Shown one piece after another: positions 30,491 to 42,052 of a stretch of DNA of 64,000 bases (position 1 is its first letter; each line of letters starts with the position of its first letter). Source of the stretch: Dehalococcoidia bacterium (GTDB lineage: Bacteria > Chloroflexota > Dehalococcoidia > Bin125); contig CAXXNO010000008.1 in the NCBI GenBank assembly GCA_963663235.2, forward strand, positions 168,103 to 232,102, given 5' to 3'. A program made the position numbers and the translations under genes. The notes beneath the pieces are model-generated. The model ran no database searches and had not been told where the DNA came from. It saw only the letters and a list, made by a program, of their open reading frames with translations.

Positions 30491-32140
30491 ATGCGAATAA
30501 TCCTCATCGCTCTCTTGACGGGGATGCTGCTGCTGGCGTGCAGCCAGGGCACGGGAAGCAATACGCCCGACGATGCGGTTCCTGCCGAAACTCTGGCCAC
30601 GGACAGGAGCCATTCTTCGCGAGTCTTCCCTCGAGGAGAGACCTCGCTCGAAGAGAGGATCGCCAACTACCCCACCGTCGTCAGAGCTCGGATGACCTCC
30701 GAGTCCACCGAGGTGGTCGCCGGGGCGGGGAGGTTTGAGGGTAACTACTACGCTGCCTTGAAGTTCGACCTTGAAGTCGGTGAGTACCTGAATGGGACAG
30801 GTGCCGACAACATCACGGCGATATGGGTCGCAGCCGATGAATTCGGCACCCGCCAGGAAGCCGAAGACGCGTTGCCCGACATCCGCGCCCGAAGGGATAC
30901 GCAATGGGACAATCGGGAGGCGGTCTTCTTCCTGCAAGACCTGGGTGATGCTCAGGCTTTTCCCCTTGATGTCTTACCTACATTGCAGGGTGACAACCAT
31001 TACTACCTGTCGTTCGGTTTCTCTCAGCCCCACCGGGACGGCTACAGCCTGTCCAGCGAATACAGTAAGTTGTGGCTGCCGGCGACCGAGATCGCTTCGG
31101 GCGCTACCGGCCAGAGCGGGACCGTGCGGGACGGCCAGGAGTTCCTCCTGGCCGTCCCGACGGACCCAGCCGGTGCAGGCGCAAGTGGCGCGAGCACACC
31201 GGCGGGTCCAACGATAACGCTGGGCGACCTGAAACAGCGGCTCGCAGCTGTTACCGCTGAGCTTAGCGCCAGCGACGGCTCGGAAGAATACAAAGAATGC
31301 GTCCGGTTTAAATATCAGAATGAGCGCGAGGATAGGTACTTCATAGCCGAGGGTGAGGGTCGGCGAGTCTACGTCACGCATCCTACACATGAATTCGACT
31401 CCGGCCAGCCCGCCGGCACCACGATCTATGAAGACGAAGTCGTCAGCGCCGAATCAACTGAACAGAGATCAAGGCTCTGGTTCGATGGACGGGACTCTGC
31501 CCTATTCGATGTCGTGACTGGCGACCTCGTACCAGAGCGCTCTGCATTTACATTCACCCAGACCGTGGTCTCTGCGCGGCCGATTCCCGCAGGAGAATAC
31601 AAGGTCAATAACAATTACCTTCTGTTGGCCTTCATTCCCTGCAATCACGTCTTCACCTACGAAATGACGATGACCGTGACGGCACCCGAGGGCACTGTTC
31701 ACGAGGCGTTCTTCGATCCGGTGGTGATTGGCGCGGCGGTAGGCGCCGACGGCTCACGTGGTGTTTTGAAGCCGGCGTCGTTTGCCATCGAGGGGGTGGG
31801 CACAACAGACATCAAGCGGATCCGGTGGGAGTCAGCAAGGGTCGAGATGCAGATTGATCCGCCCGGGAGGCCCACAGGCCATCACATCGACTTCATCGCC
31901 CTAGACGGGACGGTCGTGCTGCGGCTGGATTTCGACGACGCTGTCGACGTTGTTGAGGAGGGCCGCACGCGCGCGCTGACCTGGGGGGTATGCGAGCGGT
32001 CTTGGAATGACGGAGACCTTCTGATGCTGCGCATCAGTGAAAGTCCTCCCGGCCTGACTGGCGCGACCAACGATGTGCTATGTCCCCCGCCACCGCCTCA
32101 GAACCTGACGGCTTCCTTTCCTCCACGCAGGACTCGGTGA
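30491..32140 (+). CDS. Uncharacterised lipoprotein; C-terminal fibronectin-III-like start disrupted
   Basis: Signal MRIILIALLTGMLLLA-C; ends PPPPQNLTAS, with SVTLTW continuing in another frame. Confidence 0.75.
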   Translation: MRIILIALLTGMLLLACSQGTGSNTPDDAVPAETLATDRSHSSRVFPRGETSLEERIANYPTVVRARMTSESTEVVAGAGRFEGNYYAALKFDLEVGEYLNGTGADNITAIWVAADEFGTRQEAEDALPDIRARRDTQWDNREAVFFLQDLGDAQAFPLDVLPTLQGDNHYYLSFGFSQPHRDGYSLSSEYSKLWLPATEIASGATGQSGTVRDGQEFLLAVPTDPAGAGASGASTPAGPTITLGDLKQRLAAVTAELSASDGSEEYKECVRFKYQNEREDRYFIAEGEGRRVYVTHPTHEFDSGQPAGTTIYEDEVVSAESTEQRSRLWFDGRDSALFDVVTGDLVPERSAFTFTQTVVSARPIPAGEYKVNNNYLLLAFIPCNHVFTYEMTMTVTAPEGTVHEAFFDPVVIGAAVGADGSRGVLKPASFAIEGVGTTDIKRIRWESARVEMQIDPPGRPTGHHIDFIALDGTVVLRLDFDDAVDVVEEGRTRALTWGVCERSWNDGDLLMLRISESPPGLTGATNDVLCPPPPPQNLTASFPPRRTR

Positions 32141-32333
32141 CCCTGACGTGGACTGACTTGCCCCATCTCCAAGTCGTGGCGACAGGTGCTGTCGCATTGG
32201 AGGCGAGGTGCGCGTCGTTCACCGAGCGGGGGCGAAGCCCGTCGCGCCCCGTATACGCACGCTCCGACGGGGCGTCGCGGTGTTCCTGGCGCCCCAGGGC
32301 CGGGTTGGAGCGTCCGAAGGATCGGCGGGGCCC

Positions 32334-33455
32334 TGTGGTGTCTCAGAAGTCGATCGGCATTGCCTAAATGCTTTGATCGCCGGAGCCTCCAGGCGGAGGC
32401 ACGGCGATGTGGATCTATTGGCGGCTCTTTCTGATCGCGTTGCGCCTGACGGGGCGCCGACGCCAAGACTTTGTCCTAGAGAACCTGGTGCTGCGGCAAC
32501 AGCTGGCGGTCTGGGAGCGCACGGGGCGGCGCCCGACGTTGGCGGCCGCGGATCGGCGCTTCTGGTCCGTGACCGCGCGGCACTGGCGGGGGTGGCGTCG
32601 GCATGTCCAGCTGGTGCAGCCCGCCACCGTGGTCGGTTGGCACCGGACGGCGTGGCGGCGCTACTGGGGTTGGAAGAGCCGCGGACGACCTAGGGGTCGT
32701 CCGCGCATCGATCCCATCATCCGCTGCCTGATCGTCCGGATCGGGGCGGAGAATCCGACCTGGGGCGTGCGGCGCATCGCGGCCGAGCTGGCGGTGCTGG
32801 GCCATCCGGTCAGCGCGGCAACGGTGCAGCGGTATCGCGGGGACCGCCCTCCCTCGCCCAGTTGGCGGACCTTTCTGCGCCTGCACGCGTCCGAGATTTG
32901 GGCGGCCGACTTTTTCACCGTGCAGACGCTTACCTTGCGGACGTTCTACGTCTTCTTCGTGATCAGTCACGACCGCCGCCGGATCCTGCATGGGAACGTG
33001 ACCGCGCACCCCACGGCGCCCTGGGTCTGGCGGCAGATCATCGCCGCCACCCCGTGGAACACGGCGCCTCGCTTCCTGATCCGCGACCGGGATCGCAACG
33101 ACGGCGGTCACTTCGTGCCGAAGGCGGCGGCCCTGGGGATCGAAACGATCTTGACCCCCGTGCGAGCCCCCAAAGCCAACGCGATCGCGGAGCGGGTGAT
33201 TGGCACGATCCGGCGAGAGTGTCTGGACCATCTCATCGTGCTCACGGAACGGCATCTCCGGCGGGTGCTCCGCGAGTACGTCGCCTACGACAACGACACG
33301 CGTCCCCACCAGTCTCTGGGCGACCAGCCGCCATCCGGTCCGCGGACGCCGACGCTCCGTGGTGGGGCGCAGCGCCTAGCGAGCCGGCCGATTCTGGGCG
33401 GCTTACACCATGAGTACTTCTGGGATGCAGCGTGATGAGGTTTTGAAACACCACA
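32334..33455 (+). mobile_element. rve-type IS (chimeric); transposase 32407-33435
   Basis: Ends TGTGGTGTCTCAGAAGTCGATC / GATGAGGTTTTGAAACACCACA; 342-aa full-length ORF. Confidence 0.9.
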
Positions 33456-33742
33456 GGTCTTGCCTGATTGAGCATCAACCTTGTGATTGTGGTCACAACC
33501 ATCCCGGACGAGGGGGGCACAGACACGCGTCCCGGACTCTGCAGTCGGTCTCAGGATGATCTAGACTCCCTCGAGTCGTACCGCAGGAGTTCGGGACGCT
33601 CCAGCGCATCCGATTATCGATGGGGGGCTACCTACTCGCAGATATCAGTACTCGCTTTTCCACTGTGATCGCTCGTGGCTGGCTTGCACTCGGTTGAGGC
33701 GACACAGAAATTAACCGGAGACGCTTCGGAAAGAGGGGAACT

Positions 33743-34147
33743 TTGAAGAAAACGTATTCGTCACCGGAGGGCCACTGGATCACTCCGATCAAGATCAATC
33801 ACTCGCACGGCATCAGGGCGGGGAACATGATCTTCGTGGGAGGGCAAGTCGATTTCGACGATAAGGGAAATCTGCAGCATCCGGGTGACATCGTGACCCA
33901 GACTCGCGCGGCGATGGATAACCTGAAGCGGATAGTGGAAGATCTGGGCGCCACGATGGATGACGTGGTGCAGATCAACACCTTCTATGCCGGAGAAGCC
34001 ACCGAGGAGGACTGGGTACGCTGCGCCGAGATCCGGTTCGGCTACTTCAAAGCCCCCGGCCCAACGGCTACCGGCATACACGTGGGGAAACAACTGAACC
34101 TCCCTGGTCTCATGGTGGAGGTCAATGCCATCGCGGTCGTTGATTAG
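33743..34147 (+). CDS. RidA family protein (copy 2)
   Basis: Same protein as 888-1292. Confidence 0.85.
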   Translation: MKKTYSSPEGHWITPIKINHSHGIRAGNMIFVGGQVDFDDKGNLQHPGDIVTQTRAAMDNLKRIVEDLGATMDDVVQINTFYAGEATEEDWVRCAEIRFGYFKAPGPTATGIHVGKQLNLPGLMVEVNAIAVVD

Positions 34148-34245
34148 TGGCTATGCTTCCACGGGCGTGGATGCAGTCGCATTCGCTTGAGCGATCTTTT
34201 TTCCACGGCGTTGCCGAGAACATTGAGGAATCGAGAGGGTGACTC

Positions 34246-35466
34246 ATGACACGCAGGAAGCCTATATGGTTGGCAACCGGAATCCTCGTGGCGTTTGGAC
34301 TTCTCGGCGTTGCGGCGGCGTGTGGGGACGACGAGGACGAAGCGGAACAAGCCGTCGCGCATGCAGTACCCGAGGCTGTGGACTCCAGAGCGCAGCTGGT
34401 CGCGCAGTTCCCGGCAGACGTTCAGCCCCTACTCGCGGATATTCCGGAACGCGTCATCGCGGCTCTCTGGGACGTGCGGCAGCAAGTACCGGGCACCGTG
34501 GTGTTCCGGATGTCGGCTGGTGAACTGGAAGATGCCCAAAACCGAGCGTACCGCGAGGAGTGGGGCAGAATTACGGGCTGGGAGGTTCTTCAGGCGGGCG
34601 ATTTTCCGACTCTCGCCGACGTGAAGCTCCAGGCAGAGTCGGGCAACCCAGAGTGGGATATCGTCGAATTAGGTCTCGCGAATGCCGATTTGGCAGCGGA
34701 CGAGGGTCTGCTTGAGAAGCTAGACCTCAGCCTTCTCCAGCACGCGACCGACCAGTACCCCGAAGGCTATACGTATACCGACAACTGGATCACCTATACC
34801 CAGTCCATGGTGGTCCTTGTGTTCAGGACCGATGTCTACCCGCTTGACGGCCCGCATCCTGAGATGGTCACGGACCTCTTCAACACCGCGGACTTTCCCG
34901 GTAAGCGGTGCATCTTTGGCTTTCCGCAGTACGCAGGCACGCTCGAATATGCGCTCGTTGCCGACGGGGTAGCAGTCGACGAACTGTACCCTCTGGATGT
35001 CGACCGCGCCCTGGCGAAGTTGGACACTGTCAAGGACGATGTCGTGTGGTGGGGGACCGGTGGCGAAGCGATCCAGTTCATCATCGACGGTCAGTGCGAC
35101 ATGGGGGTCGTCTGGCACGGGCGGCCGGCAATTCGGGTCCGAGACGAGCCAGACCTTCCGATCGCCGCAGTGTGGGATGGCGCCATGCTGGCCCCCGGCG
35201 CCCTGATGATTCTCAAGGACGCGCCTCACTACGACGCTGCGATGTCACTCCTCGCTTACTCGCTCACTCCGCAGAACCAGTGCGACCTGCTGAATGACAT
35301 TGGCTATGGTGTGCCGTTGGACGAGTCGTGCCTGAGCGATTTTGGGGTGGAGTGGAGCGTTACGGCAGAACACGTCGCGCAGAGCGCCAGTGACGAAGAT
35401 GCTGCCTACTATGGAGCGAATATCGACCAGCTCATCGAGAAGTTTAATGCTTGGTTGACCGGCTAG
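34246..35466 (+). CDS. PotD-like substrate-binding lipoprotein (copy 2)
   Basis: Same protein as 1391-2611. Confidence 0.85.
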   Translation: MTRRKPIWLATGILVAFGLLGVAAACGDDEDEAEQAVAHAVPEAVDSRAQLVAQFPADVQPLLADIPERVIAALWDVRQQVPGTVVFRMSAGELEDAQNRAYREEWGRITGWEVLQAGDFPTLADVKLQAESGNPEWDIVELGLANADLAADEGLLEKLDLSLLQHATDQYPEGYTYTDNWITYTQSMVVLVFRTDVYPLDGPHPEMVTDLFNTADFPGKRCIFGFPQYAGTLEYALVADGVAVDELYPLDVDRALAKLDTVKDDVVWWGTGGEAIQFIIDGQCDMGVVWHGRPAIRVRDEPDLPIAAVWDGAMLAPGALMILKDAPHYDAAMSLLAYSLTPQNQCDLLNDIGYGVPLDESCLSDFGVEWSVTAEHVAQSASDEDAAYYGANIDQLIEKFNAWLTG

Positions 35467-35700
35467 TGAGAGTGGAAGGTCCGATTTTGCGTGGTCATCC
35501 CACTGCTGAGGGACGGATCTCTAGGTGAGAGTTGTATGACGGGGCAGGGAACAACAGGAGCCTCCGTGTCGGTGTTAAGGCGGAAGTAGCGGGCCGAGAG
35601 ACGTTGCTGGACGGAGTAGATGTGTGCCTCACACCTAATGGCGACCGCTACATGATGGGGCAGTCGCGCTTCGCCTCGGCGAAGTGATTTCGAGCTTCAC

Positions 35701-36738
35701 ATGATGGGCGCCCCATTCGCTCTGAGTGTCATCAGCGACGGACGCCCAGCGCCCGGAGATCGGAACTACCAGCGACGCTTTGAGGAACTCCTGGAGGAAG
35801 CGCGCGTCGCCGATAGGCTCGGATTCCGCGGGTTTTGGACCTGCGAGCAGCATTACGCGGCCGACGATGGGCATCTGGGTGCACAGTTCGCAGCCTTGGC
35901 CGGCTTGGCGACAAGCACGTCACGGCTGCGGCTCATGACGAATACTCTGCTGTTGCCGTTGTACCAGTGGAGGCAAGTCGTTGAGCAGGCTGTCGTGGTC
36001 GATCTCCTGTCCGGCGGCCGGCTGGAGATCGGGGTCGCGGGGGGTGGCAACGAGCGCGACTTCGATATGTTCGGTGTCGACTTCCACCGGCGCGGAGAGC
36101 TCATGGAACGGGGCATTCCGTTCATACGCCAAGGACTGGTGGCGGGCGAACTCGCCGACGGGCCGGGCGGTACCCTGTTGCCAATGACCCCCCGCCCAGT
36201 GCAAGAGCGTGTCCCAATCCTCGTCGGTGGCCTCTCTCCTCCTGCTGTAGACCGCGCGGTGCGGTTGGGCGATGGGCATCTCGCTTATGACTACGAACGG
36301 TTCGAGGAGAATCTGCCGAAGTTCTGGGACAGTCAACTGCGGCCGGCGATGGACCGGCACGGTCGGTCCCTCGCAGATTTTCGATTCACGGCCACGGCGC
36401 CGTTCTGGGTGTCGGAAGATCCGGAGCGTGATTGGGAGATCCTCTACAAACCCGCCTACGCATTCCACATGGGCCAGTACCTGAAGCGCTACCGCTTCCG
36501 CACAGCGCAAGACGGCCAACAATATGTGCCGCCTGGTGTAGCCACCGACTTCCGGCGAGAAGATGTGCTCGTCGACACACCAGAGAACATCGCGCACCGC
36601 CTCCTGGCTACGTGGCGAAAAGCGCCTTGGCACGAGTTCAGCTTTTTCTGCCGACTTCCCGGTATCCCACATGAACGAACGCTGGAGCATCTTGAATTTG
36701 TAGCCCATCGACTAGTTCCGCTGCTTACCGCTGGCTGA
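35701..36738 (+). CDS. LLM-class oxidoreductase (copy 2)
   Basis: Same protein as 2846-3883. Confidence 0.9.
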   Translation: MMGAPFALSVISDGRPAPGDRNYQRRFEELLEEARVADRLGFRGFWTCEQHYAADDGHLGAQFAALAGLATSTSRLRLMTNTLLLPLYQWRQVVEQAVVVDLLSGGRLEIGVAGGGNERDFDMFGVDFHRRGELMERGIPFIRQGLVAGELADGPGGTLLPMTPRPVQERVPILVGGLSPPAVDRAVRLGDGHLAYDYERFEENLPKFWDSQLRPAMDRHGRSLADFRFTATAPFWVSEDPERDWEILYKPAYAFHMGQYLKRYRFRTAQDGQQYVPPGVATDFRREDVLVDTPENIAHRLLATWRKAPWHEFSFFCRLPGIPHERTLEHLEFVAHRLVPLLTAG

Positions 36739-36976
36739 CGTCGGCGAGACTGAGCGGGATTTCGGAGAGGCAAGGGGGTCCCTGTCGGCCGATCTTGCTG
36801 AGGGTGATCACCGGCGAACGCCTGATCTACAGGAGTCGGGATGGTGGGTTGGTGGTCCGGCCCTCATTCGACCGGAGGCGGTGTAGCGTGGACAGGACGC
36901 GTGCTGGGCAGGGAGGGCGCCGGCGCGGGCTCCACGAGATGCGCCGCGTCGATCCCCCCACCTCGGTGACCGCTGC

Positions 36977-38104
36977 ATGAGTCGATCGGCAAGCGCAGAG
37001 GGCGCCGCCGAAGTGCGCCTCGAGGGGATTCAGCACCGCTTTGGCGAAGTCTGGGCCGTCCGCGGGATCTCCCTGACAGTTAAGCCTGGAGAGTTCCTCA
37101 CCCTCCTCGGTCCGAGCGGATCGGGGAAGACCACGCTGCTCCGCATCATCGGTGGGCTCCTCCGGCCTTCTGAAGGCCGCGTGTACGTCGCCGGTCAGGA
37201 CATCACGGCCCACCCGCCTCAAAAGCGCAACATGGGCTTCGTGTTCCAGAACTATGCTCTCTTTCCCCACTTGTCGGTGTACGACAACGTGGCCTTTCCT
37301 CTGCAGATACGCAGAATGCGGCGCCAAAAAATACGCGATCGGGTGAACGAGGTCCTGACCCTGGTCCAGCTCACTGGTTTGGAGAACCGGTACCCGGCTC
37401 AGCTGAGTGGGGGTCAGCAGCAGCGCGTCTCGCTCGCTCGCGCGATCGTCTTCTATCCCAACGTCTTGCTCATGGACGAGCCGTTGGGATCCCTTGATAA
37501 GCGCTTGCGTCAGCAGTTGCAGTTGGAGCTTCGGCACCTCCAACACGATCTTGGCATCACGGCCATTTACGTCACACACGATCAAGAAGAAGCATTTGCC
37601 ATGTCTGATCGGATTGCGGTCGTGCACGAGGGAGAACTTCGCCAGCTCGATCAGCCGTCGCAGGTCTACCGGAAGCCAGGTGACTCCTTCATCGCTGACT
37701 TTGTCGGCGACCTGAACCGCTTTGAGGGAGAGCTCGTCCAGAGCAACGGTCCGACGGGTGTGTTGAGGACGTCGGACGGGATGGAGATCCTGATCAGCCT
37801 GCATGGCGTCGCGCAGGGAAGTCGACAGTTCGTCTGCGGCATCCGACCCGAGCGCGTGGAGGTCGGCGAAAACGCCGTGGGAGATAATCGCTACCGCGGA
37901 GTAGTCCGCGCTCTGACCTTTCAAGGTACCCACTACCGTTGTGAACTCGAGCTCCCGAACGGGAGGAGGGTATCCGCTTCAATCTACCGAGAAGATCCTG
38001 GAGTGCGGGAGGGGGAGGAAGTCTGGTTGGGATGGAACGCCGAGGAGGCACTGGTATTTGGCGGAGACTTCAACTCGAATGAGTCCGGCTTCAATGAGCG
38101 CTGA
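36977..38104 (+). CDS. PotA-like ABC ATPase (copy 2)
   Basis: Same protein as 4122-5249. Confidence 0.95.
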   Translation: MSRSASAEGAAEVRLEGIQHRFGEVWAVRGISLTVKPGEFLTLLGPSGSGKTTLLRIIGGLLRPSEGRVYVAGQDITAHPPQKRNMGFVFQNYALFPHLSVYDNVAFPLQIRRMRRQKIRDRVNEVLTLVQLTGLENRYPAQLSGGQQQRVSLARAIVFYPNVLLMDEPLGSLDKRLRQQLQLELRHLQHDLGITAIYVTHDQEEAFAMSDRIAVVHEGELRQLDQPSQVYRKPGDSFIADFVGDLNRFEGELVQSNGPTGVLRTSDGMEILISLHGVAQGSRQFVCGIRPERVEVGENAVGDNRYRGVVRALTFQGTHYRCELELPNGRRVSASIYREDPGVREGEEVWLGWNAEEALVFGGDFNSNESGFNER

Positions 38105-38137
38105 AGGCTGTGAGCCGACGAGGAGCGCGGAACAGTA

Positions 38138-39022
38138 ATGCAGAGAGCGCTCACGCTCCAGAAGACGATCGTGCAGCCTCGTACGCGCAACGCACTTCTG
38201 GCAGCGTGTCTCCTGGGTCCCACGCTTGTCTTGCTCGGCGTTCTGTTCGTCTACCCTCTTGTCGACGGTGTGTTGATACGAAGTTTTTCTGATCCTGAGG
38301 TGGGGTTTCAGAACTATACGCGTCTCTACAGTTCTGTAGCATTCCGGAACATCCTGCGACTCACGTTCGAGATAGCGTTGTACACGACGCTGGTGTGCCT
38401 ACTTCTTGCGTATCCATTCGCTTATTTTCTAACGACACTGCCGAAGCGGCGTGCACAATTCTTTTTGGCGCTCAGCCTCGTTCCATTCTGGACCGCGATC
38501 CTCGCCCGCCTTTATGCCTGGACAGCGATATTAGGGCGCCGCGGTATCATCAACGATTGGTTGATAGAGGCCAACCTTATCGATGAGCCGATCGATCTTC
38601 TGTTCAACCGTACCGCGGTGATCATCGGCATGGTCCACATTCTGCTTCCATTCATGATCATCATTCTCTATTCCACCATGATCGCGATCGACCGCGAGCT
38701 GCAAGATGCTGCAAGAAGCCTTGGAGCCAGCGGCTTTCAGACCTTTCGGCGTGTGTTCCTCCCACTCTCGATGCCTGGCGTCTACGCGGGTGTCCTCCTG
38801 GTCTTCATCATCTCGCTTGGATTTTTCATCACACCGGCTGTGCTGGGTGGCGGGGGCGACATCACTATCGCCATTTTCGTCCAACAGCAGGTGAGCATCT
38901 TGAATTGGGGCGTGGCTAGCGCCATGAGCATGGTGCTGCTCGTGGTTACAATCATTCTCTTCTTCGTATTCAACCGATTGTTCGGCGCCGAGCGGATGGT
39001 AGCGGGAGCCTTGCGCGGATGA
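38138..39022 (+). CDS. PotB-like permease (copy 2)
   Basis: Same protein as 5283-6167. Confidence 0.92.
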   Translation: MQRALTLQKTIVQPRTRNALLAACLLGPTLVLLGVLFVYPLVDGVLIRSFSDPEVGFQNYTRLYSSVAFRNILRLTFEIALYTTLVCLLLAYPFAYFLTTLPKRRAQFFLALSLVPFWTAILARLYAWTAILGRRGIINDWLIEANLIDEPIDLLFNRTAVIIGMVHILLPFMIIILYSTMIAIDRELQDAARSLGASGFQTFRRVFLPLSMPGVYAGVLLVFIISLGFFITPAVLGGGGDITIAIFVQQQVSILNWGVASAMSMVLLVVTIILFFVFNRLFGAERMVAGALRG

Positions 39023-39846
39023 CCGTGGTGCGCAGAGTCAGCCCTATGAGAGTCGTTCTCTACATCGTCTTCGTGGGCGTGCTCATCTTCTTGTTCCTGC
39101 CGCTTATCGTGGTGATTCCCATTTCGTTCAACCCCGGAACAGTATTGCGGTTCCCTCCCGATGGCATCTCGTTGCGCTGGTACAACGACTTCTTTGGCGA
39201 TCAGCGCTGGCTCGACGCTGCGTGGCTGAGCCTGCGCCTTGGCATCACCGTAGCCATTCTTGCAACCGTGTTAGCGCTCGGAGCCGCCGTCGCCCTGACG
39301 CGCTTCGTGACCGTGGGGAAGCCGCTGCTGCGGGCATTGATCCTGTCACCCCTCATCGTCCCCCTCATCGTCACGTCCATCGCCGTCTTCGAAGTCTTCA
39401 ATGAACTCGGTCTCCTGCGATCTTTCTGGGGGCTCGTTCTTGCTCACACGATTTTGGCTCTGCCATTTGGCGTGATCATTATCGAGAGCGCATTGAGGAA
39501 TTTCGACGTCACGCTGGAAGAGGCGGCTATGAGTCTCGGGGCGTCGCGCCTGGTCGCGTTCCGCAGGATCACCGTGCCGTTGATCGCGCCAGGTCTGTTC
39601 GGCGCAGCGGTCATCGCCTTCATTACTTCATGGGACGAAGTGGTTATGGTTCTGTTCGTCGGCGGTGCCAGGAACCAGACTCTCCCGGTCAGAATGTTTC
39701 AGTTCCTCGAGACGCAGATTCGTCCGACGATTGCGGCGATTTCGACGCTCTTGATTGTCGCGTTGCTGATAGCCCTTGTTCTCCGTCAACTCTTAATCCT
39801 TCGCCAGCGGCGCCGGATGGGTTCTGTCAGATCTCAGGGCTCGTAA
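39019..39846 (+). CDS. PotC-like permease (copy 2)
   Basis: Same protein as 6164-6991. Confidence 0.92.
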   Translation: MTVVRRVSPMRVVLYIVFVGVLIFLFLPLIVVIPISFNPGTVLRFPPDGISLRWYNDFFGDQRWLDAAWLSLRLGITVAILATVLALGAAVALTRFVTVGKPLLRALILSPLIVPLIVTSIAVFEVFNELGLLRSFWGLVLAHTILALPFGVIIIESALRNFDVTLEEAAMSLGASRLVAFRRITVPLIAPGLFGAAVIAFITSWDEVVMVLFVGGARNQTLPVRMFQFLETQIRPTIAAISTLLIVALLIALVLRQLLILRQRRRMGSVRSQGS

Positions 39847-39872
39847 CTGTAGCGGAGCCTCGCCCCCGACTC

Positions 39873-40025
<153 letters not shown>

Positions 40026-41150
40026 TGTGGTGTTTCAAAACCCTATCGGCCTTGTGTGAGTCGCGTCCGCCAGAGAGTCTTCGCGCGGAGGGACGGCGAT
40101 GTGGCTCTATTGGCGACTGTTTCTGGTCGGGCTGGGAATGCTCGGCCGGCGGCGACGGGATCTGATCCTCGAGAACCTAATTCTGCGCCAGCAGCTGGCG
40201 GTGTGGGAACGGTCCGGACGTCGACCGCGGCTCCAGACGCGCGACCGCCGGTTCTGGTCCGTCACGGCGCGGAACTGGGCCGGCTGGCGTGCGCATCTGC
40301 AGCTCGTTCAACCGGCGACCGTCATCGGGTGGCATCGGTTTGTCTGGCGCCGATACTGGCGCTGGAAGAGCCGGGGCGGTCAGCCCGGCCGGGTGCGGAT
40401 CGATCTGGAGACGCGCCGCCTGATTGACCGGCTGGCAGCGGAGAATCCCACGTGGGGCGTGCGCCGCATCGCAGCCGAGTTAGCTGTGCTGGGGCACCCC
40501 GTGAGTCCCACAACGGTCTATCGTTATCGCCGAATCAGGCCGGCGCCGTCGCCCACCTGGCGGACCTTTCTGCGCCTGCATGCCCCCGAAATCTGGGCGG
40601 CCGACTTTTTCACCGTGCAGACGCTTACCTTGCGGACGTTCTACGTCTTCTTCGTGATCAGTCACGACCGCCGCCGGATCCTGCATGGGAACGTGACCGC
40701 GCACCCCACGGCGCCCTGGGTCTGGCGGCAGATCATCGCCGCCACCCCGTGGAACACGGCGCCTCGCTTCCTGATCCGCGACCGGGATCGCAACGACGGC
40801 GGTCACTTCGTGCCGAAGGCGGCGGCCCTGGGGATCGAAACGATCTTGACCCCCGTGCGAGCCCCCAAAGCCAACGCGATCGCGGAGCGGGTGATTGGCA
40901 CGATCCGGCGAGAGTGTCTGGACCATCTCATCGTGCTCACGGAACGGCATCTCCGGCGGGTGCTCCGCGAGTACGTCGCCTACGACAACGACACGCGTCC
41001 CCACCAGTCTCTGGGCGACCAGCCGCCATCCGGTCCGCGGACGCCGACGCTCCGTGGTGGGGCGCAGCGCCTAGCGAGCCGGCCGATTCTGGGCGGCTTA
41101 CACCATGAGTACTTCTGGGATGCAGCGTGATGAGGTTTTGAAACACCACA
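40026..41150 (+). mobile_element. Full-length rve-type IS; transposase 40099-41130
   Basis: 17-bp perfect TIR TGTGGTGTTTCAAAACC / GGTTTTGAAACACCACA; 343-aa ORF; no TSD. Confidence 0.95.
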
Positions 41151-41624
41151 GGGTGCTCCTCGACTCCATGCGCAGCGAGCACCGGGACAAGCACGCCGCC
41201 CGGCGCTTCCTGCGGCGCCTGGTCGAGGTGGCCGAGCGCAAGCCAGAGCGCGTCACGACGGACAAGCCTCCGCCGTACCGCAGAGCGATCCGCTGGATCC
41301 TGGGACGGAAGGTCGTGCACCGGACGAATCCATACCGCAACAATCCCACGGAACAGGACCACCGCGCGGTGCAGCAGCGCTATTATCCGATGCTCGGTTT
41401 CGGGAGCTTCGCCTCAGCGGCACGCTTCTGCTCGGCGTTTGAGGAGCTCCGCCAGTACTTGCGCGCTCGCGGTCGCCGCGGCGAGGGCGTCCCCCTGGCC
41501 GAGCAGCGACGACGCTTCGTCGGGCGCTGGCATGCACTGATCGCCGAAATGGCGGCGGCGTAGACAGGGCAACAGTGAGGGGGCTTCACTGCGCGTCATC
41601 CGTGCCCTGAGTTCTGACAGAACC
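41151..41624 (+). mobile_element. 3' half of an IS6-family element
   Basis: LLDSM..RDKHAARRF, TTD, EQDHR, GFGSF; IR CCCTGAGTTCTGACAGAACC. Confidence 0.88.
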
Positions 41625-41714
41625 AATGGTGGCATCCCTACAGGGGGACCGCGCTCCAGTATGGGGCGTAACCCCGGCCTCTCGTTTGGCGTGGGAGCGA
41701 GGCGTGCCGACCGC

Positions 41715-42050
41715 TTAGGGCTCAGACCTGCCACGGATCGGGACTTCCCTGAACTCCCCGGGGCGGACCTCATTGAGGGCCGAGCGAATCTCATCGGTGT
41801 GCAGGCGCACGTATGGCCATGCCGTGGACAGCAGTACCACGATCGCCAACCGCCTTCCGGTGAGGTTCTGCTGGTAGCGCATGTTCTGATCGGTGGTGAC
41901 GAGGACGTCATAGCCCTCGTCCTCGGCCCTAGCAATCAAGTCTCCATTGCCCAACTCCGACCACCCTCGCTCCGCCACGGTGTCGACCGTGTGGTCGCCG
42001 AGATGCCGCCGAAGAGGCGCGGGCGTGCCCTGATCGAACAGGATCCTCAC
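41715..42050 (-). CDS. PIN-like (DUF5615/VapC45-type) toxin
   Basis: RILFDQG.P, GWS...NGDL, DVLVTTDQNMRYQQNL; GTG start at 42050. Confidence 0.8.
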   Translation of the reverse strand: MRILFDQGTPAPLRRHLGDHTVDTVAERGWSELGNGDLIARAEDEGYDVLVTTDQNMRYQQNLTGRRLAIVVLLSTAWPYVRLHTDEIRSALNEVRPGEFREVPIRGRSEP

Positions 42051-42052
42051 GA

